DNA of 63,889 nt, counting the filler, from Cercozoa sp. M6MM (Eukaryota > Protista > Endomyxa: Ascetosporea): NCBI GenBank assembly GCA_040357565.1. It is 9 parts of 9 records of this genome, joined end to end, with 100 filler letters (N's around TTAATTAATTAA, not from the genome) between each part and the next. Parts side by side here need not be neighbours in the genome. Positions count along the whole stretch, not along the records: positions 1 to 22,756 come from JBDODJ010000179.1; 8 more parts are not named here. One strand, given 5' to 3'. Position 1 is the stretch's first letter. Each line of letters opens with the position of its first letter. The position numbers were made by a program, and so were the translations under genes. Of the stretch, positions 1-13,300 are shown piece by piece. A model generated the notes under the pieces. The model was given only the letters and a program-made list of their open reading frames with translations. It was not told the origin of the DNA and made no database searches.

Positions 1-2
1 TA

Positions 3-49
<47 letters not shown>

Positions 50-89
50 GTAAAATGCAAAAAGCAACGTGTATGTATGACAAGTGTAC

Positions 90-1914
<1,825 letters not shown>

Positions 1915-2074
1915 TTTATCTGGCAATCCGGCAAATGTTAGACGACGCGTTATCAGTCCCACACTGCCAGGCGCGTTTTTAGAGCACCTACTCTCAGTTT
2001 CGCCCTCCTCTGCCCGAATATTCCTCCAGCAGTCCAGAAAATAAAACAACTCCTTCGAATCTACAGTAGTTAAA

Positions 2075-3087
2075 ATGCTGGACTCTGATTTCTCAGAGTT
2101 CTCTGATAGTGATTCAATTCCACTGGTACGGTCGCCGCAGAAGTGAATGCTGTTTCGCCTACACTTCCCGTTGTTTTTTTTTTTTTTGTGCAGAAACGAA
2201 AGAAGAGATTGGTCACAGATTTATGTAGTGAATCTGACTCCGTGGAAGATAGCGACAGTGGTTATGCCGGCGCTATGCTTGAAGACAGCGAAGAAATAGT
2301 AATACTCACAGCTGGTCAAAGTAAAGGCCGCGATGAAAATGATGACACTGACGTGAAGGACAATACAGATGTAAAGACTAACACTGAAGGTCCCATCGTG
2401 TGCTTGATTGTCTGCCTTTTCCTGTCCGTTATTTAAACATGACATATGCGCAGAACCACCTCGAAAAAAGGTGCGATTGTCGACTCCTGTTTCGGTGTGT
2501 ACCTTTCCACTATCACAGCCCGATCACTTTAGCTATGGCTGTTTCTGTTTGTGTTCGAAACAGAGAGAAGAAGAATACAAGAGGATGAAGGTGCCACTAC
2601 TGAAAGAACTGCTGATTGCTCGCGACCTGCGTCGCTGTGGTAAGAAGGCCGTGCTTATTGAGCGTCTCCTGGCCTACGATCGCGGCAAGCCTCCCGACAC
2701 CGTTGTGACCAAGACAAAAACGAAAAACACAGCGCAGCGCAAGAAAGGCGTCAAGCACGGAAAGAAGGAGCGTGCACTCACGCTTGACGAGGTTCACGGC
2801 GTCTTTGACTGCCTGCGCAACAATGGGGCCAACATCTCCTCCCAACCCGCCGACTGTCTCAGCGTTTTTGACGTTGCCATCGCTTCACGCGGTTTTGAAA
2901 TGCCTGAAAACTTCTCCTATGAACTGGTACGTGTGCCTACTGGTTGTCTAGATCTCCTGACCAAACATGTACCTAGATCACGGACATGTTTTCTTGGGCG
3001 ACTCAAAGTACTGAGAACACAACGCGCATAAACTTTGCGGAGTTTGCTGCCGTCGCACAGCGCGTTGGTGTCATGGAGATGCCATGA
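2075..3087 (+). CDS. Hypothetical protein with acidic N-terminus, SAP domain and C-terminal EF-hand-like region
   Basis: Exons joined at GT-AG. YKRMKVPLLKELLIARDLRRCGKKAVLIERLLAYD fits the SAP pattern. The last exon ITDMFSWAT...RINFAEFAAVAQRVG resembles a degenerate EF-hand. Confidence 0.55.
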
Positions 3088-3247
3088 AGTCGACTCCGAT
3101 GTCTGGGGAACGTCAAAAGGGGAGTTGTATGGTCCTACCCTGAGCGGGCGGTAGACACGGCCATGCTCTTGTGACCCACCCCAGACTGGTGCAGGGGAAC
3201 TACATGGTTTCCTAGAAGACTCAACTAACTAACTGGGTCGGGCTAAG

Positions 3248-4888
3248 TTAGTACTTTTCGCACATGCTCAAGTGCGCCTCATGGTACGTTGGCAACTCGT
3301 TTCGCAACACGCATTGCCTGCGAGCAACAAACAGCACAGACAGTCGTCACATCGGTAGGGCGGGGAGGGCACTGACAGAGTGGAAGTGGAAGTGGAAGTG
3401 GAAGTGTCTTCAGGACCTCACAAAGTCCGTCCGCGAATAGTTGTCGGAAATCACAATGTTAACTGCATAAAGAAAACTCAATCGGGGGTGCAAATCAAAA
3501 CTCTGACACGATACCTGGCTGCTGACGGAGCATCTCTTCGCGCAGCTCGCTGGTCTGTGCAGCAAAACAACAACTCACATGCTTTCGAGCAACATCACAG
3601 AACTAGATACCACGAAGTGCGACGCCATTGCGCCGAAACTCAGCAGAGTCTTGTATCGCGCGCCGGGTTTTATGCCTTGCTTAATGACGTCCACGTTGGG
3701 CTAAACATGTCACACCCATGTCGATGCAGTGTCCCTCAGCGTTTGAAGAAGAACGTACGGTAAGCACGCCCTGAAGCACCCATAGGCCGCGGTGGTTTTC
3801 GGGATTCCGTTTCTCAATAATTTGGTGCCAACTCTCGCGCAATTCTTCCGTCGTTATTCTGAGTACAGACATAGTAGAACAAAATAAACAAGGAAGATTA
3901 CATCAGACACTAGCACATGCGGTACCGATTCGGCCACTGGGAGTGAATGTGCTGCTTGATACAAGGCCACAGTTTGTCATGCCGTTCGTACACGTTCTTG
4001 TGTTTATCCGAGAAGAAGAGTCTGCCTCAAAAATAAACAGTGGTTCAGTGAGGAAAAGTAAAAAGCCAGGTACAGAACGTTGCAGCCAAGTCGCCAACAC
4101 CGATACAAGGTTATGTTGCCAACGTCACCGTCAAACGCTTGACGCGGGATAAGCGATTCGCCAAACCATTCGACCTACCGTTGGCCAGACCGTTGAGTAA
4201 ACAAGTGGGGATATAAAAGACGCGCGCATAGACTGCTCTTGGGTATACCAATCGACCGGCGAGCAGTTCGAGAGCCGCAGCATCGCAGTTGTAAACTACG
4301 GAAAGAGCATTTCAAAAGTGACGTGTAACGGTGAAACTGCAGTTGTGCCACACCATGGTTTACGTCAAGAATAATCACTTCGCGCGGGTGAAGTTTGGCC
4401 CACGCAGCGACGTCCTCCAACACACTCAACTGGTTCAATTCAGACGCATTGTTAACTACACACACTCGCACACCAACACAAGCACACCTTGGGACCGGCA
4501 ATCGAGTGGCAGAAACGGAAGTCGTCTTGCGTGCCCGGCATCAGACAAATCCTCCTTTAGGCAAGAAAGATTCGACACAAAGAGTTAAAGTAACAAAGAC
4601 GAGCGCAAGTACGCACAGGTCAAAGTAGCGAATGCCGTCAATTAACTGCTCAAAATAGTTCTCGCATAATTGTTTTTAAAAGTCAAGTTCTCAAAAGATA
4701 TCTCACCTGCTGCACGATCGTTCGATGCTGGGAACGAGCCCAATGAGCAATGATACGTTTCACTATGATGAATGTGAATGATTCAACATCAAAACAAACG
4801 AGCAGATAATCAAAAGTACCAACACGAGACGCAATCGGCAACTTCACAATCTTGTTCAGCAATTCCGGCGAGTCCGGAGTCAACGGTT

Positions 4889-4938
<50 letters not shown>

Positions 4939-4948
4939 NNNNNNNNNN

Positions 4949-5015
<67 letters not shown>

Positions 5016-6013
5016 CACACACACACACAACACACACACACACACACACACACACTGCTGTACACACCGCTGTACTTGCATCAAGTCAGAGTGTCAGTGT
5101 ACCGTGTTTCTTGCAGGTCCACGTGCAGCTATCGTGTGTACCAGGAATACACAGCAGTGACAGGGCTCGCTCTCCGACGGCACACTCGGTGCCCTCAGTG
5201 TTGTCGCACAGGTCGCTCATCCACGACGACATGCGCACACTGCCGCGCTGCCGTTGCCAACCGATCGCGTCAAAGATGGTGCGAGCCGCCGCATCCGCGC
5301 GGAAGCGAGCGGCTTGCTGAGATATGCGACCCACGTGCAGTAGTTCGAGATGAGTGCAACGCTTTATCGCTACATCGCAACCATGCACAGTTCACGAACG
5401 CAACAAGGTGCAACAGCAAGGTACCCTTGTGATCGCCCAGTGGTACACAACGCAACTTGGTGTGCTGCTTGCGCATGAAACCCTGTCGCTCTTGCGTGGC
5501 ACATACCTATCATCAACACAGACACGTAAGATGACAGTGTTAATGAGCAGACACAGAGGCACCTCGGCATGCGCAGCCACAGCATGCAATGCAACAATCG
5601 TTTTCGTACTGTTCAAGGTCAGGGAAAAAGAGGTTTCGTCTGTAGAGAAACGATGCACGTGATGAGTTATGTACCTCACATCGAGTATGTCAATACGAAA
5701 CTTGCAGTAGTCGTCCAGGTGCTCCTGGTCCACTTGTTGGACTGCGTGGTCATCGCTAACACGGAGAAACTTGCGATTCGACATGCACATAATCCTCACC
5801 TGAGCAACAGCAAGCAAGCACGCATCATCAAAGCAGAGATCCATGAAGCAGGTGTACCGTGTCGATGAAGCGAGATGTGCCCGAGTGCTTCAGTGGCTGC
5901 AGTTCGTAGTGCTCCCACTGGCGACAATGCGGTTGAAAGTGAAAGTGGCTACGCGTCTTGTGTGCACACAGGTAGCCACCGTGCGCTCGGAACTATGCGC
6001 ACACACGACAAGG

Positions 6014-6061
<48 letters not shown>

Positions 6062-6071
6062 NNNNNNNNNN

Positions 6072-6121
<50 letters not shown>

Positions 6122-7512
6122 CACTCCAAGGAAATGTCGATGCAAAGATAGATCAATCTACAGCAACAAGATGGTTCGCTTTGGGTGGTTGTTCGATCAC
6201 AACGTTGTGCTCGCTCTGATCGATGTCGCTCGTGTAGTCGTCGTCGGAGTCGGAGTCGGTGTCGGTGTCGGTGTCGGTGTCGGTTTCACTAGAAACACGC
6301 AATGCGGGTTTGCTGTAACAAAGATCACGCAACACGGTGTCGAGTGTTGTCGGAAAGGCGTTTGGAGTGTCGTTCACGTAGATGCTCGCATCTGTGCTCT
6401 CTGCACAGACGGGAATATCAGCGCATGCGATAAATTTGCACCAAACACAAGTGTACCAAAATGCTGCATTTCCGAGGAAACTGCCAGTCGATACACGACT
6501 TCGCCGCCGTCATTGGGGCAGCGCTGCAGCGACACAAACGACGGATCGTTGGTGTCGCCAGTCGCGTCAACACCGGTGGGTGGGACACGCAGCGCGAACG
6601 ATGAGTTCTCGCCAGTGTTGAGCACCTCTAGCACACAGTTTCCCTGGTCTACAGGCATACGCACCCCTAATAAAGGATATTTGAACGTGTAATTTGTACC
6701 AAAGCTGAGTGAGTCATCAGTGAGCGCGACGTTTAGAATGTCATCTGCGTCGACGAGCTCCCATCGCTCAAGCAGTATGGCGCCACACTTTTCTGCGCAC
6801 AAAGGACAAGTTTGATATGGCAATGCACGCAATAAATTCAAAGAAAAAACCTCGGAGGTGCAAACGAAAGACGGCAGCCTCTGAGTCGCTTCGCAAGGTC
6901 AGTTCCTTCGTCAGATGAACGACGGTGCTGCTAGTGTCGTGTTCACCGCTCGGCACGCGGGTATGCAATCGGCTCTCCAGCATCAGCGCTGTCGACATCA
7001 TTCCCCTCAATTGCTACGAGTACGTTGTAATGTAGTACACTATATGCCCACAATTACACATAGTTTACCTGACCAAAGTCAGGCTCACAGATGAGAATAA
7101 ACGTCGAACTCGTGAACTGGCAGCTGCCATCCTTTGACCCAAGGAAGCCAAGGCGACCTTCAGAAGACACACCGAGAGCATTGCCCTCGCTGTCCATCAG
7201 CCTCACATGCACCTGTGCGCAAAGAAGACGAGATCGAAAACAGCACCGCAGGTGACGCGAGTTGCTCTATTGTACCTCTGATTTGTTGACAGCCAGCACA
7301 GTCGAATGCAAACACACGCCAGTGAGACAAGTGCTCGTTCCGGGGTCATCAGCTGGTCGCAAGAAGACACCGCCGTGTCCTTTGTTGCTGCGGGTGGCGA
7401 CGAAACTTCTAGCCTGCGAGCGAGTCACCCGGGCCAGTTCCAACGCAGCTTCCTGCACGACAACATATCCGCCCACAGGATTATCACATCGGATAATGAA
7501 ACTGTCCGTCAT
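3248..7512 (-). CDS. PI-PLC X-domain (PLCXD-like) protein with long N-terminal extension; 5' limit uncertain
   Basis: SSWMSDL...LSLLCIPGTHDSCT, WARSQHRTIVQQ, GIRYFD, VLEDVAAWAKLHPREVIILDVNH, LWVLQGVLTP and VNIVISDN are PLCXD-type motifs. Upstream exons can be linked to about 6780 and only tentatively to 7512. Confidence 0.7.
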
Positions 7513-7778
7513 GTGACACCCATTCAATGGACACAGAAGCAACACGCGTCTGCTTACGTTAATGCCGACAGACACCCAATTTCCTGAGAGCGCCCGCCCG
7601 GGGCCCAACAAATAAAAAATGATAGAGGCACTATTCCTGCGCTCCAGCTCGCGAAAAGTGCGCCCAGCGCGGTCCAATACCACTGTTTGCGCTTTTGTTT
7701 GGTGATCGTTGTCTGTCGTTGCTTTTGGTACTTGCTTTTGGTCAGATCAATCAGGGTTTCCTCCTGGTCCAGTCCGCG

Positions 7779-9866
7779 ATGTCGCGGGCAGCGTGGCCAC
7801 AACAGGCGAAACAGTATGACCTCGTGCGCGTAATACGCCGCGTGGGCACGTCAGTTGTGTACGAAGCACGTGAGCTATCGCAGTTGCGACCTTGTGCTGT
7901 GAAAGTGGTACAGGTTTCGACAGTTCACAGCCTTGATGCTTTGCACGTGCGGTGGTCTTAGGTGCCAAAGACAGCGACAAATGCGAAAGCAGTACTCCGT
8001 GAGGCAGAGCTGCATTTTTGGGCTTCTCGGCGTTCCGAAGGAGTGCTACCATTGTTTGCCTTCTTCGAGGACAGTGCCGTTGAGCCGGGTGCTGGCAGTA
8101 CAGTGACTCCGCTCCAGGGTATCCCTTTTCTCCCTGTCTCCTTTTTTCTCTTCCTCCTCTAATTTGTAGAAGACCGAGCGTTCTTTTTGGTGAGCGAACT
8201 TTGTGAAGGAGGCGACCTGAGCAGCTGCGCGGCGCTGCGTGACCTGCCACGCATCGTGCGACTGGTGCGCAGTGTCGTCGACACTGTTCGCGCGCTGCAT
8301 CGTGACGATCCGGAGTGTCTCGTGCACTGCGATTTAAAGCCGCACAACTTTGTGTTCGCTGACCGCTCACAGACGCGTCTGCTGCTAGGCGACTTTGGCG
8401 TGTCGCTGTTATACCGTCCAGGCGACGAGCCTCCAAAGTACTCCTCGAGTGAGTTGTCTCTTATACACACATCTTGAACAGCACCGTGTTTATATCTTGT
8501 AGTGCGTCTAGACGACTTGAAGTCTCGAATGGAGTATTGCAATGTATCATCTCTCCATGGGTTATCTTTATGCCGGGATAACTTTGGTCTATCTTAGGGC
8601 ACACCAGGCTACTGTGCGCCCGAGCAAGTATCCAAGCACAAGATCGTTGGGCGACCTGCTGATGTGTTCGGTATCGGCTGTCTGACGCACTTTCTCTTGT
8701 GCGGCCATTGTCCTTTCGACGATCCGGTGACTGATGCGAGCAATGGGAGTGAAGCTGCACGACGACTGGTACCCCAACAGACCTAAAGACACATGGCTGG
8801 TTGAGTTTCTTTTTGTTCGCATAGATGCGACTGCAAGATTCGCGCTTTCGCCCGGTTAAACGTTTTCGCGAAAGAGTGCAAAGCGACCGAGTGCCTGCCC
8901 TACGAAACCATAGAAGCAGTCTTGACACTCAAAAGGAATGCCATGATGTGATAGACTTCTTGCGCGCGTCTCTATGCGTCGATGCGAGGTTACGCAACTC
9001 TGCTCAGCAGCTGTTTCACCATGCGTTTTTGACCAGGTCCGCTACCTCTCTATCTCGTGTTTTGTTGGCGTATCGTGTTGTTTAGGCTTTCACCCAATGT
9101 ACACATCTCCTGTATGTGCAGCACAGTGCGCAGACGACAACGCGTGCGCTTCTTTGACGAAACCGGCGAGCGAAACTTCATATTGCCGGATCCCAGAGAA
9201 TCGGTATTTCTCGTGTTCTGTTTCTGCTTATTGCCTCAGGTAATATCGATGTAGATTTCGGCTGGAAGGTGGCGTCTTACACCCTCTAGAACAACGGTGG
9301 GTTTCTTTTTTTTACTGTAGACTTTAATCTTGCACGTGTTGGGTTCTTTCAGCGACTCACGGGAACTGCGCCGGCAGTATCGATGACAGACGAGTTTATA
9401 GGTCATGTGCAAGGTTGTACACGAGCAGGCAGAGTCATCAGTGATGATCACAGTACCAGCAACACCAACACAAACACCGAGACCAACACCGACAGTAATG
9501 AGGGCGGCACGGTCACGATGGCGGGCAACACTGTGCGAATCCCAGCAGTCGGCACTGCACGCAGGAACAGTGATGGGAGTGTCTACGTGCGTTTCGAAGG
9601 AGGCGACACTGCCTCAATCTCGCCGTCATTTCCGCCGCGTGTCTTGCTCCTGTGCTTGTCCTCCGGTGCCGTGGTGCGAGTGCTCAGTGACTACTCGGTA
9701 ATCATTGACCCGTTTTATGTCTTGGTCGAGGTTGCGTATTCTGCGGGTCTTTCAGCTCACCTGCATGGGCGAAGTCGATACATCGCACTTACGCCTTCGA
9801 TTGCGACAGCTTGATGTGTTTTTGGGAGAGTTGCTGCGGCTGCACGTTCGTGAAAGAATACGATAG
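7779..9866 (+). CDS. Ser/Thr protein kinase with C-terminal PLK4 PB3-like polo box
   Basis: Kinase motifs AVK, LREAELH, ELCEGGDL, HCDLKPHN, DFG, GTPGYCAPE and DVFGIG. The C-terminus VRIPAVGTARRNSDGSVYVRFEGG...HLRLRLRQLDVFL resembles the PLK4 third polo box. Confidence 0.7.
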
Positions 9867-10144
9867 TGCGGGACGTCGACTTTTTAACGCGAGTCGTCGC
9901 GTCCAGATTTGGTAACTTGACTTCCGCGACCAGATTTGGTCACAGCGTAGTTTCTAAATTACAAAACTGTCTGTGCGTCTCTACAGGGTCTACGTTTTCA
10001 GAGCTGCTGTAATGGACTCTGCGACCGGTACAATTGTAACAGCACCATGCCATGAAGATATGTGTGTACTTAAGAGGCCGACACTAACGTAAACGTAAAT
10101 TTGCAGCATCGCATAGCACACTGACGGTTTCTAAGTAGACGGAA

Positions 10145-13100
10145 CTAACTAACAATCAATCGCACTGCGAAGAAGCAAGACACACGCGACAGTTGTGTAT
10201 GGTGAGAATGAAGCAGCCTAACAAGTTCAGTTTGAATGAAAGGGATGAATTGTAACCCAAGTAGCGTTTGTGATACCGATGACTGGACATTGCGCTCGGT
10301 CCGGTGTTCATTATCATGATATTTTCGGTGTCGCCAATGCGTTGTTTTGGGCAGTTTCCCTTCCGTCTCCTCGTTTCTGCGAAGACCGGGGTCGCTGCCC
10401 TGTGTCGGAAGCGTATTTCTACTTGTGACAAAGCTCTTGTCGGCAAGACAGTGGATATCGAGTAACAAATCGTTCCGAGGGCCAATACTCGCCATAACTG
10501 CAACCGGCAGCTGCAACAGCGCCCTCACTAATTGTGAGATTGCCGAACCGGCTTGAGGAAGGTGATCACGAATCTCCTCGCTCTCGCTCGCTCGGACGGA
10601 GACAACAATTCGCAGAACTTGAGGCTACCCAATAGTTCCCCTCCGTACATAAACTTTGCCATAATGAGTTTTTGTTACCTGAAGATCAGGTCGCTGGAAA
10701 GCCAGAGCATGTGGCGTGAACGACAAAAAAGAAAGGGCTTGCTGCAGTTGCGACAGTTCGAGCGTTCGTTGAAGCACACGCGAAATGGTAGCAACAGAAA
10801 GATGTGCACATCGACACCGATACACGTCCTGGTTGTAGACTACAGGCGCAACGCTGAAAAGCGATGTAGCTCGCGTGAGATGCTGCCACTTTGCGGACTC
10901 CAGATCTGGCATCAGTTCCATACTTCCCAACAACTGCCGTCGCACACAGACATATAAAAACAGAAAAAAGTTGTCAGTTGGCACTGTATTAATTTAGAGA
11001 CTATCGCATCAAATAAGAAAGCAGAGTTAACAGAACCACATAATCAATAAATACGGGCGTGTCGTCGATGTCAAGTGTCGCAGAGACTGGCGGACACATG
11101 CACGCTCTTTCTTCCAGCCGAATTGTGTCGTCGGACTGTACGACACGCGACTGCCTGCAAATTTCAGGGTCGCAGTCTGACCACGGGGATGCCGATTCCC
11201 GCAACGCTGTATATCGCATACAGGGAGGCTGTTCGTTGGTGAGCAACACGAGCGACGAACGCCGGCAGATAACTTCGTGCCATTGGTGCCAATGTTCACA
11301 GTACAGCTGCAGAACACAAGTCTCTCCTTCCTGTAGGTGCCTGTCGCAGTCGACGTAGTCAATGTTGTCGTCTTGCATGATATAGAGCTCTTCCGTGAAT
11401 CCAAGGATTTCGAGAGGCAGTTGCTTCGGCGGAGCGCATCCTTTCGACTCAAAATAGTTCTCACTTGCGGCAAGATTGCGACCTTTGACGTCCAGTTTCT
11501 TGGCGAAGGACACAAGTGTGGGCACACACATTGCCCTATCGCGGCTCTTGCTGTCGCTCGCCGAGCATTGCAAGTGACGCGCAGTTCGCACTCCACACAG
11601 CGCTTTTGTTGCCGGAAACATTGGTCTGCCGAGACGGATGGAAGGAGGTCTTCCTATAATTGTACTACCATACTAGCGGATTGCAAGTCAATAACAAAAG
11701 AGCGTTGACACCAGTTGGTTCAGGTTGAACGTCGTCGTCGGAAACGAACAAATCAAACTGTGGGCTGCAGTTGAGGAGCATCGGCAAGTGCCGTGAGTGG
11801 CGATTCACCTCCCTCCTTTCTGCACCGGCAGGCCACAGAGTGAAGCTGTCTGACACCACCAGCGAGACCCGCGGCTCACGCCATCGTAATCTAGCTGCCG
11901 AATCTACAGTATATGCCTTACAAAAAACCATCGAGATTTGACAAATTTACGCAGTATCAATTACTTACTTAGGTCTTCGTCGAGACGTCTCTTCACAAGA
12001 CTGTTGTCACCTGCACCAATTGAATTGTCGCGCTGTCCGTGCTCGTCAAAGCGGAGGCCAAAAAAGCGAAGATCTCCAAACTTAAACATTGGCGCAACAA
12101 CAGAGTCGCGAAGAACCATCAGCGGTGCTCGCAGATGGTCTCCGCTCTTTGCTGTGTTTGCAGCATCACCACGACTGCTGGCCATCCGATCCTCGGTATG
12201 GTCTAGGTCGATCATTGCGGCGATCACCGAGTTGCTGATGTACGTGTCGCCACCACGTAGCATAACGCGATCGAGAAAACAATGCACAATGCGCACTTCT
12301 TTGCATGCATGCAACTCGAGCTGCGAAGCGCGTCGCATGGCGAGGAACGGGTTCTGCTCAGGTGTTTCACTACCCAGCATCCAGTTTGATGCACCATAGA
12401 AGGGTTCCGCGTCGCTAAGTGTGGTTTCTCGAATCATAACGCTATCAATTTCCCTGTGCACGTGGATAATACACCAGACACAGGTACAATATATCCTGAT
12501 TTGAGATACAGATACCTGAGGACCATCCCGATGTCACGTAGATTTGACGAGAGAAGAGACAATTCCTCTGCGACCGACACACAAATACGACGTCGCATCG
12601 AGTGACGCTGCGGCAAGGAGAGACGCAGAGCGAGAAGATCTTTGATGCTAAATGCACCAATCTCCCGCCAATGTGCCTGAAACCTGCGTGACCCGTCTGT
12701 GATGCGAAATGTGACATCAGTCAAGAGGAGCGATGCGCCGGACTCAGCGAGAATGGCAAAGGTTTCGCCCATCAAATCTGCGTCTATCTTGGACAGTCTC
12801 AAGCCGTGTGACTCGAGTGGGTCCTCATGCTCATCCGTGCGCAGCGCAACATTGTTCATTTCAAGAACGCCATCTTCAACGACTTCAAATGCCGTTCCAA
12901 ACCGGCCGAAACATCGCCAGTCCACGTTTTCTAAACGTAGTCTCGCTCCCATCTAAACATTCGTGTCGTGAACTGTGGCAAGAAATGTCAAAGAAGGTTT
13001 CACTGTCTCACCCCTGCGACGGAAATTATTGGCGTGGAAAACTCAAGTTGCCCAAATTGCGGACACACAACTACAACCGCAGCGCCGACACCAACAATGT

Positions 13101-13300
13101 GTATCTGATGCACTCCGTCACGAAGCAGGCGACCTTCGGTGTTTTCACCCGTCTTCACGTGAATACCCTGTCCGCTTCCGTTGCTCTGTGAGTGAAGGAG
13201 CACCTGATCAAGATTGAGCGTACTGCCGCTGCAAAAGCGCAACTCGACTTTGCTGTTTGAACTCCATTTTGCCCAAGTTTCAACACTAGGCGCTTTCACA
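10145..13300 (-). CDS. Large multi-exon hypothetical protein(s), possibly a membrane protein
   Basis: A run of long same-strand ORFs (12434-12952, 11961-12461, 11001-11621, 10625-10984). One has a Cys/Trp motif WSDCDPEICRQSR...EERAC followed by a hydrophobic stretch. Exon joins were not resolved. Confidence 0.35.
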
